Source: Octopus vulgaris (lineage: Eukaryota). Taken from it: 64,000 nucleotides of DNA. The stretch lies in the NCBI GenBank assembly GCA_951406725.2, contig OX597817.1:15004001-15068000 (forward strand). Reading direction: 5' to 3'. Numbering within the stretch: the stretch's first letter is position 1; every line of letters begins with the position of its first letter. The notes below the pieces were generated by a model that saw only the letters and a list, made by a program, of their open reading frames with translations, did not search any database and was not told where the DNA came from. Below are positions 39,705 through 52,134 of this stretch, in pieces. The position numbers were made by a program, and so were the translations under genes.

Positions 39705-39986
39705 ATCATGTGACCGACCAGACCGTCAGGTATTGTTACACATCGCTGGTCACAATGCGTTCGCATTGTTTTAGCCTTCGAATGACGCCATGCCGCTGGC
39801 TAAGCAAGCAGGCCAACAGAAGGAAGAATGGTGAAAGAGTACAGCAGGGATCACCACCCTCGTGGAGCCTTGTGGAGCTTTTAGGTGTTTTCGCTCAATA
39901 AACACTCACAAACGCCCGGTCTGGGAATTGAAACCGCGATCCTACGACCGCGAGTCCACTGCCCTAATCACTGGGCCATTGCGCCT

Positions 39987-39988
<2 letters not shown>
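39699..39988 (-). mobile_element. tRNA-headed SINE inserted in (TA)n
   Basis: Minus strand GGAGGCGCAATGGCCCAGTGATTAGGGCAGTGGACTCGCGG..GGTTTCAATTCC (A- and B-box-like), followed by a non-tRNA body. Confidence 0.65.
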
Positions 39989-40037
<49 letters not shown>

Positions 40038-40883
40038 GCAAGTGAAAATCAAATCAAATCAAATCAAAATCAAAATAGATGAACATCAATGGAATTTGTA
40101 TCTTTGTGGTACCAGTGCCGGTGGCACACAAGAAAACCATCCGAATGTGGCCGTAGCCAGTACCGCATCGACTGGCCTCCGGGCTGTGGGCACGTAAGAA
40201 ACACCATCCGATCGTGGCCGTTCGTCAGCCTCGTCTGGCACCTGTGTCGGTGGCACATAAAATCACCCACTACACTCTCGGAGTGGTTGGCGTTAGGAAG
40301 GGCATCCAGCTGTAGAAACACTGCCACATCTGACTGGCTTGGTGCAGCCTTCGGGCTCCCCAGACCCCAGTTGAACCGTCCAACCCATGCTAGCATGGAA
40401 AGCGGACGTTAAATGATGATGATATATATATATATATGCATGCACACACACACACACACACATAGGCAGCGGTAAATGTGCTTATGTTTTACATATTTCT
40501 CATTAATAAATTCCTTTACTTTACAAAACATTACTGGAATAGCCAAGTTAAAGTTTCTGTTCTTTAACAAGTCAAATCGACATGATTTGTTATTTCTAAT
40601 ACTTCTTAGTTTGGCTTCATACATAACCTTACAAAAAAATGATATATCAAAAAAATAATAATAAAGGCAGCAAGCTGGAGAAAACGCTCAAAAGCCATTT
40701 CTTCTGGTTCTTTACATTCTGAGTTCAAACGTTGCTGAGCTTCACTTTGCCTTTTCATTTTTTCATGACATGTTCCCTCCCCACAAATTTCAGGCCCTGT
40801 TGTGCCTCCAGTAGAAAGAATATATTAAAGAAACACATGTTTTATCAATTGTCTACTTCTCTCTTACAGATCATATTTGCATA

Positions 40884-40937
40884 ATGGGTAGGAAAAAGAT
40901 TCAGATAACTCGCATAAATGATGAACGGAACAGACAA
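40884..40937 (+). CDS. MEF2: MEF2 coding exon 1 (MADS-box N-terminus)
   Basis: MGRKKIQITRINDERNRQ; acceptor TTACAG ends at 40869; donor GTAAGT at 40938; 54 nt, as in other MEF2 genes. Confidence 0.97.
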
Positions 40938-41127
40938 GTAAGTGACACATTCAGATATTTAAATTCTAATCTTATTTGCTTGAAAATGAAAATGTTAATT
41001 AAAATTCCTACATTTATATTGAAAACACTGTTTACATCATGTTCATTAAATTCATTACAGTTGGTTATTTTTACTTTAGCAAAACGAAAAAAAATTCTGT
41101 TTTTGGCTTTTTATTGTTTTTAATTGT

Positions 41128-41356
41128 TTAACCCTTTAGTGTTCGCATTATTCTGCCAAAATTAATCCTTTTTTATCAACATTACCTTGAACTAATCAGG
41201 GATTATCTTGTAGCTATGAGATTTTGATGAGGTAGCTGTTAATTTTTAAAACAATATTGTAGGGCTGGTGTGAGAGACCAGATCTGGCCAGTTTGAACAT
41301 AAAACAGGCAGAATACTTTTGGCTGGATATGGCCGGTTTAAATGCTAAAGGGTTAA
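41128..41356. mobile_element. piggyBac-type MITE family 1
   Basis: TTAA TSD, CCCTTTAG TIRs. Confidence 0.85.
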
Positions 41357-42690
41357 TATCTGGTATCCTCTTATTTTCATGTTAAGTTTCTTATATTCAA
41401 GAATTTTTGAGCAGGAAGGGAGTTGGAAAAGATTAAGTAGTTTAGGGACAATCTGTTTTATCAAACAAAATGGAATATTGTTTGATTATAGTACTTCGTA
41501 AAGCATGGAGGAAGCTGAAATGAGTAAATTAAATCCATGTATTTGATCCATGATTAACATCTATGATAGTTTTATATTTCAAGTTGACTTGTATCTTTGA
41601 TAGATCAAGTCTACTTTATCTCAAATCAGCAACACTCTTGGAACTTTTTGTTAAAATGTCTGATATCGATGCTGTAGAAAGTTTTTACCTCTAGCTATGT
41701 CAGAATAACATTGCTGTATCATAAAACTGTGTCTCACAATTGTAACTTTTGGTTTTTAGCTATAGTGTGATTGTTTTAGTGTTTTGCTCTAAAAATTTTA
41801 GTCTGGATTGGAGATACAATACGTTAGCTATGGAGGAGAGAGAAAGAGAAATATAGCTTTAGTAAATAAGTTCCTTAAAAAATACTTAAAATTGTAAAGT
41901 ATTAATGTGTTGGCATCATTGACATTAATATTAATGTACAAAACAGATGGTTAATGAATAAAATAGAATTGGTTGCAAAGACATGTTGGGGCAAGTGAAA
42001 TCGGAATCGAAATTGAACCAATCCTATGACTGGCACCCGGCAGATGCCAGGACCCCTGGACTGGAGATACGTAAAAAGCACTATCCGAATCGTGGCCGAT
42101 GCCAGTGCCGCCTTGACTGGCTTCCGTGCAGGTGGCACGTAAAATGCACCAATCCGACCGTGGCCGATGCCAGCCTCGCCTGGCTCCAGTGCAGGTGGCA
42201 CGTAAAAAGCACCCACTACACTCACGGAGTGGTTGGCATTAGGAAGGGCATCCAGCTGTAGAAACATTGCCAGATAAGTCCGGATCCTGGTGCAGCCTTC
42301 TGGCTTCCCAGACCCCGGTCGAGCCGTCCAACCCATGCTAGCATGGAAAACGGACGTTAAACGATGATGATGATGATGGTAGAGATAGTTACCTAGAAAC
42401 TAATGTATAACTAGATTAACTATATTACTAAAACAAACCCTCATTATATCTAAAGAAGTTGTTTAATCCAGTGGCATGTTAAAATCAATTAATATTGAAA
42501 ATGTCAGTAAGTTTTCATTGAAATTCATGATTATAATATATTTCTATCTATCTATCTATCTTCTGCCTATTATTCTTGGGAGGATCATCGGGGTAGGACC
42601 TCAGGTACCTCAGCCATAGGATCCTATCAAAAGCAACCATTATTAGACTTTCATGCTAGGTTCCCAAGCATATCCAACTGAGACTATATA

Positions 42691-42896
42691 CTCTTTACTC
42701 TTTTACTTGTTTCAGTCATTTGACTGTGGCCATGCTGGAGCACCGCCTTTAATCGAGCAACTCGACCCCGGGTCTTATTCTTTTGTAAGCCCAGTGCTTA
42801 TTCTATCGGTCTCTTTTTTGCCGAACCACTAAGTGACGGGGACGTAAACACACCAGCATCGGTTGTCAAGCAATGTTGGGAGGACAAACACACACA

Positions 42897-42940
<44 letters not shown>

Positions 42941-43097
42941 CGACGGGCTTCTTTCAGTTTCCGTCTACCAAATCCACTCACAAGGCTTTGGTCGGCCCGA
43001 GGCTATAGTAGAAGACACTTGCCCAAGGTGCCACGCAGTGGGACTGAACCCGGAACCATGTGGTTGGTAAACAAGCTACTCACCACACGGCCACTCC
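42691..43097 (-). mobile_element. SINE family B
   Basis: Near full-length reverse-complement copy. Confidence 0.85.
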
Positions 43098-43536
43098 ATC
43101 TCATCCTTGGTCTTCTTCTGTCTCCTGCTGGTTGGCTTCAGATTGGATCCATCTTGGCTATTCTCATGACATTCTGACCACATGTCTGTAGTACTAGTGC
43201 TGTGTGATCTCAATGTGGAGAAATAGTGGCTTGACCTGGAGAAATTCCCTGATCTCTGAGCTATGCCTCCTGTCAATTAATACCACTTAAGATTGTAAAT
43301 CTTTACCTTGTTTGTATAGCATTAACAACATCCTCCTGCAAACAAGCTACAACTCAGTCAAATAGCTAAACAATCTTTCTATTCCTAATCATCATCATCA
43401 TCATTATCATTTTATTTAATGCCTGTTATATATGATTTGCTGTTTGTATTGTTACTAATTGTTATACAAATAATTCTAAATTATTGACATTTCTTTATAA
43501 TTTCTTTATGTTTACTCTCAACTTTCATAGTGTAAG

Positions 43537-43938
43537 TTACTCTTTTACTTGTTTCAGTCATTTGACTGCGGCCATGCTGGAGCACCGCCTTTAGTCGAGC
43601 AAATTGACCCCGGGACTTATTCTTTGTAAGCCCCAGTACTTATTCTATCGGTCTCTTTTGCTGAACTGCTAAGTGACGGTGACGTAAACACACCAGCATT
43701 GGTTGTCAAGCAATGCTAGGGGGACAAACACAGACACACAAACACACACACATACATATATATATACATATATACGACAGACTTCTTTCAGTTTCCGTCT
43801 ACCAAATCCACTCACAAGGCATTGGTCGGCCCGGGGCTATAGCAGAAGACACTTGCCCAAGATGCCACGCAGTGGAACTGAACCCGGAACCATGTGGTTG
43901 GTTAGCAAGCTACTTACCACACAGCCCCTCCTGCGCCT
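43537..43938 (-). mobile_element. SINE family B
   Basis: Full-length reverse-complement copy. Confidence 0.85.
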
Positions 43939-44297
43939 ATGTAAATGTATGTAAATGTAATATGAAAAAATTAAAACATATGGTAAAAATAAACACTATA
44001 AAACTATTTTATCTTTTGAATAAACACTAAGCCAGTTCTTGTTAGGGATGTTTATTATTGGTTTATACTTTTGGTTCTCTCTGAGATTTGAACTAATAAA
44101 TAGTGAGTCACTGGTTTGGGTTCTACAAAACCTGCCAACTTCACTATTTTAATAATAATATGTTGGAACCACACTACAAGGGAGTGAAAATATGAGCCTT
44201 GTCAATAATCAAATATAATTAAAAAGGTAAAGGAAATGAAACACTACTATCTAAAACAAGGCAACAGGTAAGCAATAGTTTGTGTGTGTATACATAT

Positions 44298-44696
44298 AGG
44301 CGCAGGAGTGGCTGTGTGGTAAGTAGCTTGCTAACCAACCACATGGTTCCGGGTTCAGTCCCACTGCGTGGCATCTTGGGCAAGTGTCTTCTGCTATAGC
44401 CCCGGGCCGACCAATGCCTTGTGAGTGGATTTGGTAGACGGAAACTGAAAGAAGCCTGTCGTATATATGTATATATATGTATATGTGTTTGTTTGTGTGT
44501 CTGTGTTTGTCCCCCTAGCATTGCTTGACAACCGATGCTGGTGTGTTTATGTCTCCGTTACTTAGCGGTTCGGCAAAAGAGACCGATTTACAAAAAGAAT
44601 AAGTCCCGGGGTTGATTTGCTCGACTAAAAAAGGCGGCGCTCCAGCATGGCCGCAGTCAAATGACTGAAACAAGTAAAAGAGAAAAGAGTAAAGAG
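44298..44696 (+). mobile_element. SINE family B
   Basis: Full-length copy, inverted relative to 43537-43938. Confidence 0.85.
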
Positions 44697-45270
44697 TATA
44701 CACACACAACTCCTCATTCTGCTGCTGTTGTATTGAAACAAACTGTTCCAAAGAATCTCCCATACAACAGATGATAAGTGGAGTATTTCAACTGTCACTT
44801 AAGCAATAGTGTTGTATAAGAGAAGCCAGATATTCAGTGGCTGCAAAATGTTAATCTTCGTCATTTCAACATCCACTTTCCCATGCTTTCTTGGGTTGAA
44901 TGGAGTTTATTTAGGTAGATTTTCTATGGCCAGATGCCTTTCCTGTTACCAACACTCCTATCATGATAGCTTTCATTTGAAAAAAATACATTTTCATTTT
45001 CCAATAGTTGATAATTACACTGTGTCTACAAATCTAAGTTTTTAAAAATAAGGGTTTCCTGTTTGGGCTCAAATCCGGCTATTTTTGGGTGAAGGGGTAG
45101 TCAATACCATTGATTGGTGCTTTATGTTATCATCCCCAGAATGATGAAAGGCAAAGTTCATCTTTCCAGGATTTGAAATCAGGGAAATAAGGAGTTGGAA
45201 AAGCAATTTTTTCAGTGTTCTAATGATTCTTCTGTCTTGCCACCTTCATTTAATATTAAATATTTTTCAG

Positions 45271-45474
45271 GTAACATTCACAAAGCGTAAATTTGGACTT
45301 ATGAAAAAAGCTTATGAACTGTCTGTGCTGTGTGACTGTGAAATTGCACTGATAATCTTCACAAGTGGAAACAAATTGTACCAGTATGCTAGCTCTGATA
45401 TGGACAAAGTACTGCTGAAGTATACTGAGTACAATGACACAGTAGTCAGCCAAACCAACCGAGACATAGTAGAG
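45271..45474 (+). CDS. MEF2: MEF2 coding exon 2 (MADS and MEF2 domains)
   Basis: [68 protein letters not shown]; TTTTCAG acceptor and GTAATG donor; 204 nt, phase 0-0. Confidence 0.97.
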
Positions 45475-46148
45475 GTAATGTTCAATTCTTTTATCTCCTT
45501 CCATTTGATCATAAATTGTATTAATTAGACTTAAATAGTTATCATTTGTATTGAGGAATGAGTACGCAATTTTTGTTGATCGTGGCCGTTGCCAGCCTCG
45601 TCTGGACCCCGTGCCAGTAGCACGTAAAAAGCACCATCCGATCGTGGCCGTTGCCAGCCTCGCCTGGCCCCTGTGCCGGTGGCACGTAAAAAGCACCATC
45701 CGAACGTGGCCAATGCCGGCGCCGCCTTGACTGGCTTCCGTGCTGGTGGCATGTTAAAAGCACCAACCGATTGTGGCCGATGCCAGACCCCCCTGACACT
45801 TGTGCAGGTGGCACGTAAAAAGCACCCACTACACTCGCGGAGTGGTTGGCGTTAGGAAGGGCATCCAGCCTTAGAAACACTGCCAGATCAGACTGGAGCC
45901 TGGTGCAGCCCCGGTCGAACCGTCCAACCCGTGCTAGCGCGGAAAACAGACGTTAAATGATGATGATGTCACCTATTTAGTATCGCAGATTAGCTTCATA
46001 TTGTGGGAAAGTTTATTCTTTACATGGGGCATATTCAGAAATTTGAAAGAAAAAGATATGATTTTACTTTTTGGTTGTTGGTTTTGGTGATTTTATTTTT
46101 ATTATTTTTTTGTTAGAGCAAATGTTCATAAGTTTTGTTTGAGAAATA

Positions 46149-47600
46149 TCAGGTGGTAACGAAAGTTCTGTTTGTTTTCCTAAATGAAATATAAATGGAA
46201 ATGCAGCCATAAATAGATTTATTTAATCATCAACATAGTCACCATTCTTTTCAATGACATCTTCCCATCTTTCCCTAAGGTTTTTGATACCCTTTTCATA
46301 AAATTTATTTGGTTTTGACTTACAAAAAGAAACAATCTTCATTTCAACCTGTTCTCTTGAAGTAAGCTGAAGTCCTTCAAAATGATTCTGTGAGCTTCCA
46401 AAAAGATGGTAATCTGCTGGAGCAAGGTCAGGAGAATATGGTGGATGAATCATAATTTCTCAGTTAAATTCTTTAACCCTTTAGCATTTAAACCGGCCAT
46501 ATCCAGCCAAAAGTATTCTGCCTGTTTTATGTTCAAACTGGCCAGATCTGGTCTCTCACACCAACCCTACAATATTGTTTTAAAAATTAACAGCTACCTC
46601 ATCAAAATCTCATAGCTACAAGATAATGCATGATTAGCTCAAAACAATGTGGATAAAGAAGCATTAATTTTAGCAGAATATTGTGAACACTAAAGGGTTA
46701 AGGAGATTCTTAGTTACTCTTGCCATGTGAGGTCTGACATTATCAAGCTGCTGGATCACTCCTTATCTGTTTACCAACAAAGGCTATTTTTCCTGTAAAA
46801 CTGTTTTTAAACATCTTAGCTGCTGATCATAAACTTCAGCTGTTATTGTTTGATTATCATCTAACAGCTCATAATAAACATTCCCCCTCGTGTTCTACCA
46901 TACACTCAAAAGAATAGGCCTTGAATTACGGCTGAGCCACTGTCTTTTGCACTTCACATTGTTGTAAAGAATCCACTTCTCATCTCCAGTAATGATTCTG
47001 TCTAAGAAAGGTGAAGTTCAAGAGAATGCAATGAGACAGCAGTCTACACATTGTTTGCGATTATTTTCTGACAGATCTTGTGGAACCCATCTTCCAACCT
47101 TGGAGACTTTAACAAGCCTTAATATTTCACGATAGATTGTCATATGACTCACATTAAACTCCTTGCTCAGTTCCCTAGTTGTGCTGGTTGGATTTTCATC
47201 AACAGTAGCTTGCAATTCCTCAGAATTGGGGCACTTGTTTCACCTTTTAAATTGAAGTCATCCTTTTTAAAATGTGAAAACCATTTTCTGCATGTCCTTC
47301 CATTCACCACATCATCATCATCGTTTAACGTCCGTTCTCCATGCTAGCATGGGTTGGACGGTTCGACCGGGGATCTGGGAAGCCAGAAGGCTGCACCAGG
47401 CTCCGGTCTTATCTGGCAATGTTTCTACGGCTGGATGCCCTTCCTAACGCCAACCACTCCGTGAGTGTAGTATACTCCGTGAGTTCCATAAATGTCTCTT
47501 TAGTGATCTTGCTGCTGAACATGCTGTATTTCCCTTCTAGAATTCAAACAGTAAGACATGCTGTATGTGCTCTTTACATGCAGTGTACATTTGGGTCATC
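46149..47600 (-). mobile_element. Decayed mariner interrupted by MITE family 1 (46473-46701) and family C (about 47310-47470)
   Basis: WVPQDL, IITGDEKW and HPPYSPDLAPADYHLF motifs. Confidence 0.85.
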
Positions 47601-48974
47601 TGAAAGAAGAAATAATATTTTAGTGATTTAAATAGCTACTAATATCATTTAGAAGCTAGATTGATGGAATCATGTCTTATAATTATTCTTCAAAAAAAGT
47701 AAAAAAATGGACAGAATTTTTGTTACAACCTGATGCTTAAACTTCCCCATCCCTTATTCAACAGATTAAAAGTTTATAGTCATAGGCAGATGGTGGTGGT
47801 GGGGATATGAGTCTTGGATAATAATTCACAGTTGAATGACTTGTAATTATGTTATCAAATATTATTTTGTCTTTGTATTTTTTGTGTTCTTTTAAATTCG
47901 AATAGCTGTATTTCAATGGAAAATATATAAAATTATAGATTATCTTCACCTGTTTAATGATCAAAAAATTCTTGTGTACTATAACAATCTGCATAATAAT
48001 CTTCTTATCCATTCACTTGTTATACTTTAGTTAGTGAGGTGGATTAAAAGTGAGGAGGGAGGTGTGTGAGTAGAGAGAAAAAAGAAGTAGAGAAAGATGT
48101 ATAATAAGGCCAAATGCATCATGTCGTTAGTTGAAGGGAGAGAGAAGTGTTAACGTGTTGTAGGGTGGGGAGGGAAAGATAGAGAGAAAGAGATATGTTT
48201 AGGATACAATATTTAGCAGAGGATGATGTTCTGGTGGTGAAGTTAAAGAAAGAGATACAGAGAAGGCAGTTACATTGAGAGAGAGAGAGAGAGAAAGCGG
48301 CAGATATTGTCAGAGTTGAGATACATCAACAGCAAGGAAATGAAATAAGCTTTGTTACTGAAAAGGATGTTTTTTTGAATGAATCTATAATATTACTCCT
48401 CTATCTGTTTGTTCACACTTGACGCTTTTGTTTGTCAGAGAGGAAGAGGGAATGTGAGAGAGCAGAAAGCCAGCTGATGCATTATGCTGTAACTCATATG
48501 GTTAGTGGAAGTGAGTGGTGAAGAGAAAGAGAAATGTTACAGATACAAAGAGGGGAATTACATGGTTAAGAAGTCTGTTGAAGAAGTAGAGAGAAAAAGA
48601 AATATAAAGTGCTTAGCAGAGGGAAATTTTAAAATCATATAAAATATTGTGATAGGAAGTGAAATAACTTAGCAAAATAAAAATGCAAATCCTCCTTTCT
48701 TTCTGAAATAGCTTCTCTTAATCTTCATCGTTCTTTGGAATTTTCCACAGGTCCCGCTAGTTATTATTTTACTTAAATTCCTGGGTGCAGCTTGTATAAA
48801 ATTAAAGCAAAGCCAAAACGTAACAACAACAACAATAATAATGTTATATTGATGTTTTCTTTGAAAGGAAAAAAATATATAATTAAATATTTCATTTGAT
48901 TATTTCCAAGCTAATATTGGTAAAATACTGGTTTTTCCATAGTAATAAAAATAATTTTGTTGGTTCTGCTTTAG

Positions 48975-49103
48975 CTTTTAAATAAGAAAGACAAAGGCAA
49001 TGATAGTCCTGACCAAGAAGATGAATATGTGCTGACTCCTCACACAATGGAAAGCTATAAACGAATTGATGCTGAGTATGCTAGAGTTATGCAGCAACCA
49101 CCG
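48975..49103 (+). CDS. MEF2: MEF2 coding exon 3 (alpha / HJURP_C-like region)
   Basis: LLNKKDKGNDSPDQEDEYVLTPHTMESYKRIDAEYARVMQQPP, similar to vertebrate LNKKE...DSPD...YVLTPHTEEKYKKI; TTTAG acceptor; donor GTTGGT chosen for phase. Confidence 0.9.
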
Positions 49104-50301
49104 GTTGGTATCTTTTAAAAAATTTCATTTAATTTAATTGTAAATTGTAAATTAATTGTAAATTTAATACCACCATCCGAATTGTGGCCGAAGCCAGTGC
49201 CGCCTCGACTGGCTTTCGTGCCGGTAGCACGTAAAATGCACCAATCCGACCGTGGCCGTTGCCAGCCTCGCCTGGCACCTGTGCGGGTGGCACGTAAAAA
49301 GCACCCACTACACTCACACGGAGTGGTTGGCGTTAGGAAGGGCATCCAGCTGTAGAAACATTGCCAGATAAGACCGGAGCCTGGTGCAGCCTTCTGGCTT
49401 CCCAGATTCCCGGTCGAACCGTCCAACCCATGCTAGTGCGGAAAACGGACGTTAAACGATGATGATGATGTAATTTAATATTGCAAGATGTCCTTTAACC
49501 AGGTTTCAAGTATTTTTTGCCATACTTTTATCATTAATTCTTTTTCAAGTTATTTAAATTTGATAGAAAAGAAAATAAACTCTTTTTCATTATCTATTAA
49601 TGTTCTGTAGCATTTCTACATTTATGCTCTTTTATTTCTGATTGTACTTAATTTGTGTGTTTGTACTTGATTTATATTTTGACTTAACATGATCGTTACC
49701 TGCGTCGCCCTTCTGGCACTTGTGCTGGTGACATGTGAACGAAACATTCGAGTGAGGTCGTTGCCAGTGCCACTGGACTGACTCCTGTGCAGGTGGCATG
49801 TAAAAAACACCATTTGAGCATGGCCGTTGCCTGTACCGCCAGACTGGTGGCATGTAAAAGCACCCACTACACTCTCGGAGTGGTTGGCGTTAGGAAGGGC
49901 ATCTGGCTGTAGAAACTCTGCCAGATCAGATTGGAGCCTGGTGCAGCCATCTGGTTCGCCAGTCCTCAGTCAAATCGTCCAACCCATGCTAGCAAGGAAA
50001 GTGGGCGTTAAATGATGATGATTAATTCATGTAGAGGAAACGTGATTAAAATACAGTTTCAAACTGATAGATCATGAGTTCATATCCTGTTGAAGGCTTT
50101 GTTTCTTTTACAGTTTACTTAATGAGAGAACAGATATGGTCCTTTCTGGGTTAAGTTAGCTGCAATAATCTGGTATCAGTTGAGAGAAAGGCCTGTCCCT
50201 CGTTATCTGTTTTCTCTGTAGTTATTAGTTATCTATAACCTACTAATTATATCATTGCTCCTAGTTTTGTGATTTTTAATTTGACCATCATTTTCTTTCA
50301 G

Positions 50302-50524
50302 CAACAGACTCCAACTTCAGTGACGTCTTATCCTTCAGTTCCTGCTTCTGTACCTGTTGGTAACTTCTCAATCCCTAATTCTGGTATAAACAGTTCTCAG
50401 GCAGCTTCATCTGTGTCGGCTGCAACTGGTCAAAATACAGTTCTTTTGTTACCTTCTAATCAGAATGGTCAGTCTACAATTTCTGCAATACCAGCTAGCT
50501 ACAGTCCTGTGCCTTCCACATCAG
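50302..50524 (+). CDS. MEF2: MEF2 coding exon 4 (Ser/Pro/Thr-rich)
   Basis: QQTPTSVTSYPSVPASVPV...SPVPSTS; TTTTCTTTCAG acceptor and G|GTAAAA donor; phase 0-1. Confidence 0.85.
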
Positions 50525-51612
50525 GTAAAAATAGAATTATTTTGCAAATTTATGTTTACATTTGGAAAAGTGTTTAATGATGCAGTTCAGTTATTTTAGA
50601 AAAATTGTGAGGTATTGGTGCCATTAAAAATGCACCCAATACAGTAAAATAGTTAACATTAGGAAGGCATTCTAGGTATAAAAACTTTGCCGAAACTGAG
50701 ACACTGGAGCAAGACATGGTGTCTGACTCATTGAATCCTATCTTACTGTCCAAGTCATGCTAACATGGAAATCAGATGTAAGAAAAATATAAATAATGCT
50801 TTTTTCTCATTTAGGGCTATATTATATTATGTGTGATAAACGTTTTGGGTTCATTTGTGCCAACAACTGGATGCATTTATATTACTTTATGCTATTCATT
50901 TAGAGTATTCTTCGGTTAATAATTTCCATATTTTTGTGTATATTTGAAGGTAGACATTCTTCTGTTCAGCAATATTTTTCTTTTTTAACCAAATTATTGA
51001 CGTGCTATTGCATAGTAATATCAGAATGTTCTGAGTCATAATTGCATGGAGGAGCAAATGACAATACAGATTAAAATCAGTGGTTATGATTTCTATGAAT
51101 TAACTCTGTGCCGGTGGCACGTAAAAAGCACCCACTACACTCACGGAGTGGTTGGCGTTAGGAAGGGCATCCAGCTATAGAAACATTGCCAAATAAGACC
51201 GGAGCCTGGTGCAGCCTTCTGGCTTCCCAGATCCCCGGTCGAACTGTCCAACCCATGCTAGCATAGAAAACGGACGTTAAACAATGATGATGATGAACTC
51301 CTTTTCAATTTGAAACCCTTTTGTTACTGTATTTATTTTGAGATGCTCTGTGTTTCTTTCAGTTACTTTAAATATAACAAAGAATTTAGTAAAATAACTT
51401 AGTTATCATTAAGCTAGTGCTAGGAACATAAATTGTGACTAAGGTTTGGTGGAAGATTTTAATTCAAAACTTATGAAAACAAGACATTTGTACTAAAGAG
51501 CCAGAGCCGGTTTCAGCCGGGTTGGTAACGAAAGGGTTAATGAAATATTTTAGAATGTATCTTAAACTAAAATGAATTATCTACTCATGCCTGATATTTC
51601 TTTGTTTTAAAG

Positions 51613-51878
51613 TATCGCTATATTCAGGTTCAAAAAGTGGTGGAGATTCATCCAGTTCTCCAGTTACTGCCACTCGTTCTCTACAGATACCATCCCAAGC
51701 CACAGAAGACAGCAATTCTCCTGGAGCACATTCTTCACCTGGTCCATCTTTAGTTACTACATTGGTTAACAATAAAGATGTTACTGACTTAAGTACTACC
51801 AGTGCAGGACATTTACTACAAACTAAATCTAGACCAGATTTAAGAATACTCATACCGCCAAAGTTAACCAATGATATT
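51613..51878 (+). CDS. MEF2: MEF2 coding exon 5 (contains the MAPK docking motif)
   Basis: Ends ..KSRPDLRILIPPKLTNDI|GTGAGT, compare vertebrate RKPDLRVLIPP; phase 1-0; alternative in-frame start at 51628. Confidence 0.88.
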
Positions 51879-51906
51879 GTGAGTATTTTGAATTATTTCT
51901 CATTCT

Positions 51907-52134
51907 TTAAGCCTTTAGAATTTAAACCGGCCATATCCGGCCAAAATAGCTAATCTGTTTTATGTTCAAACTGACCAGATCCAGGCTCTCACACCTACCC
52001 TACAATGTTATTCTACATTAAGTAATATACACCATCAAGATCTTGAAGATATGAGATAATGCATGATTAATTCAAATCCATGTGAATCAATAAGCATTAT
52101 GTTTGATAGAATAATCAGAACACTAAAGGGTTAA
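51907..52134. mobile_element. piggyBac-type MITE family 1, diverged
   Basis: TTAA-GCCTTTAG...CTAAAGGG-TTAA, 28 nt after the exon 5 donor. Confidence 0.75.

Noticed and set aside
45475-50301. Mutually exclusive second alpha exon, as in vertebrate MEF2
   Set aside because: No second exon-3-like sequence seen; the introns are filled with repeats and purine-rich low-complexity DNA.
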